A DNA stretch of 64,000 nt from an uncultured Hormoscilla sp. GTDB taxonomy: Bacteria > Cyanobacteriota > Cyanobacteriia > Cyanobacteriales > Desertifilaceae. A program made the position numbers and the translations under genes. The DNA lies in assembly GCA_963921275.4 (NCBI GenBank), contig OZ001293.3, forward strand, positions 3,232,001-3,296,000, written 5' to 3'. The notes under the pieces are model-generated. The model saw only the letters and a program-made list of their open reading frames with translations, made no database searches and had not been told where the DNA came from. This document shows, in pieces, positions 62,793 through 64,000 of this stretch (position 1 is its first letter; every line of letters starts with the position of its first letter).

Positions 62793-63109
62793 ATTTTGCT
62801 CATCTCTTCTTCACCGTTGAACAGGATATCTACCTTGGCAGCAGTCCGACTCTCTCTACTTTACCAATAAATATCTCATTATTAGTTACCCAAATGTTAA
62901 ATTATATTAATTTCTCTATTAAGTTTTATTATCTCTACAGGCGATCGCCTTGCAGCAACCGGAGCATGTCAAGTTTTAGAATTGCTAATTGAGAATTGCT
63001 AATTGAGAATATCTCTAACTACGAACTACGAACCGCGCAGGCGGAGTTTGCAGCCTGGTTGCGAGGAACGAAGCAATCTCGAACTACTCCCCTCCGAGAG
63101 GAATGGAGA

Positions 63110-64000
63110 TCGCAACTCTGTACCAACAGGGAGGAGCTACACTTAAGTTTACCACCATATTTATCCTCGACAATCTGCCGAGAGATAGACAACCCCAACC
63201 CCGTCCCCTTGCCTGGGGGTTTAGTAGTGAACAAATGCTCGAATACGCTTGCTTGCACTGACTCTGACATGTCCGGACCATTATTTTTAATCCTGATCGC
63301 CAGATATTGACTGCCATTGTCGCAATTTCCGTGCTAATAGTAATCTGATTGGGTTCAGCCTTAATTTGCTCGTAACTCCGTCCCTGATCATACTCATCCA
63401 GGGCATCAATGGCATTCTTCATCAGATTCATAAACACTTGTCCGAGATAGCATGGGACTTCTGGCAACTCACCATAGTTTTTGACGATCTGAATTGACGG
63501 GCGGTTTTGGTTAGCTTTCAGGCGATGGCTTAAAATCATCAGGGTGCTGTCAATGCCGTAGCTGTGTCTCCCCTTTTGTGCGGCTATGATGTCCCCCGGG
63601 TTTCGACGATGCCTGAGGGGTTGCCTGCGTTGCATCCCGATTTTTCCGGAACGGTAGGCATCGAAGTGCGTCCGGGGGACGCAGTGGATGTTAAACTTTA
63701 CCTTGCTAACAGTATCAGCACGGGAGAAGGTTCCCATGCAGTGGCTAATTTGAGTAATGCGGTTTGTCCCTGCTTGCATGGATTCTATCATTTCTGGCAA
63801 ATCTTTGACTAGGTACTCTAAGTCAATAGCTTCCATCTCCTCCGATATTTCGGCCACGGGATGGGGATAATGTTTTTGGTAGAGATCGATCGGGTTGATT
63901 AAATCTTGGACACACTCGCGGGCATGACTGATATTGCCAGCGATGGAGCTGACTGAGTTGTTGATTTCGTGGGCAACCCCTGCGGCTAATTGACCAACTG
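63110..64000 (-). pseudogene. Sensor histidine kinase C-terminal part, frameshifted and carrying repeat inserts (5' end outside window)
   Basis: AGVAHEINN, QVFMNLMKNAIDA, FTTKPPGKGTGLGL in a shifted frame. Confidence 0.8.

Overview
Filamentous-cyanobacterium-like chromosome segment with abundant HIP1 (GCGATCGC) sites. Heavy mobile-element load and a plant-type LRR gene suggest a host-associated Oscillatoriales strain (inference). Housekeeping genes (ssb, Mn/Zn ABC transporter, hpf, lipB, cobK, cbiD, pheT, psaD, mgtE, aspS) are interleaved with decayed IS elements and about ten group II intron copies or fragments. Main points: (1) Four families of ORF-less group II introns (835-943 nt; two families in near-identical multiple copies) carry a conserved ~300-nt non-coding domain IV. 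(2) These introns sit in a ~20-kb defence island (two C5-MTase/REase pairs, a triplicated ABC-ATPase+TOPRIM module, a pPIWI-RE operon); precise excision restores the frames of a REase, the pPIWI-RE helicase and an LRR gene. (3) An ~11.6-kb inversion with CTAG breakpoints splits three introns. (4) An orphan omegaRNA/HEARO-like RNA lies near pheT. (5) Very small palindromic elements are inserted in-frame in essential genes. All assignments are by eye; no searches were run.
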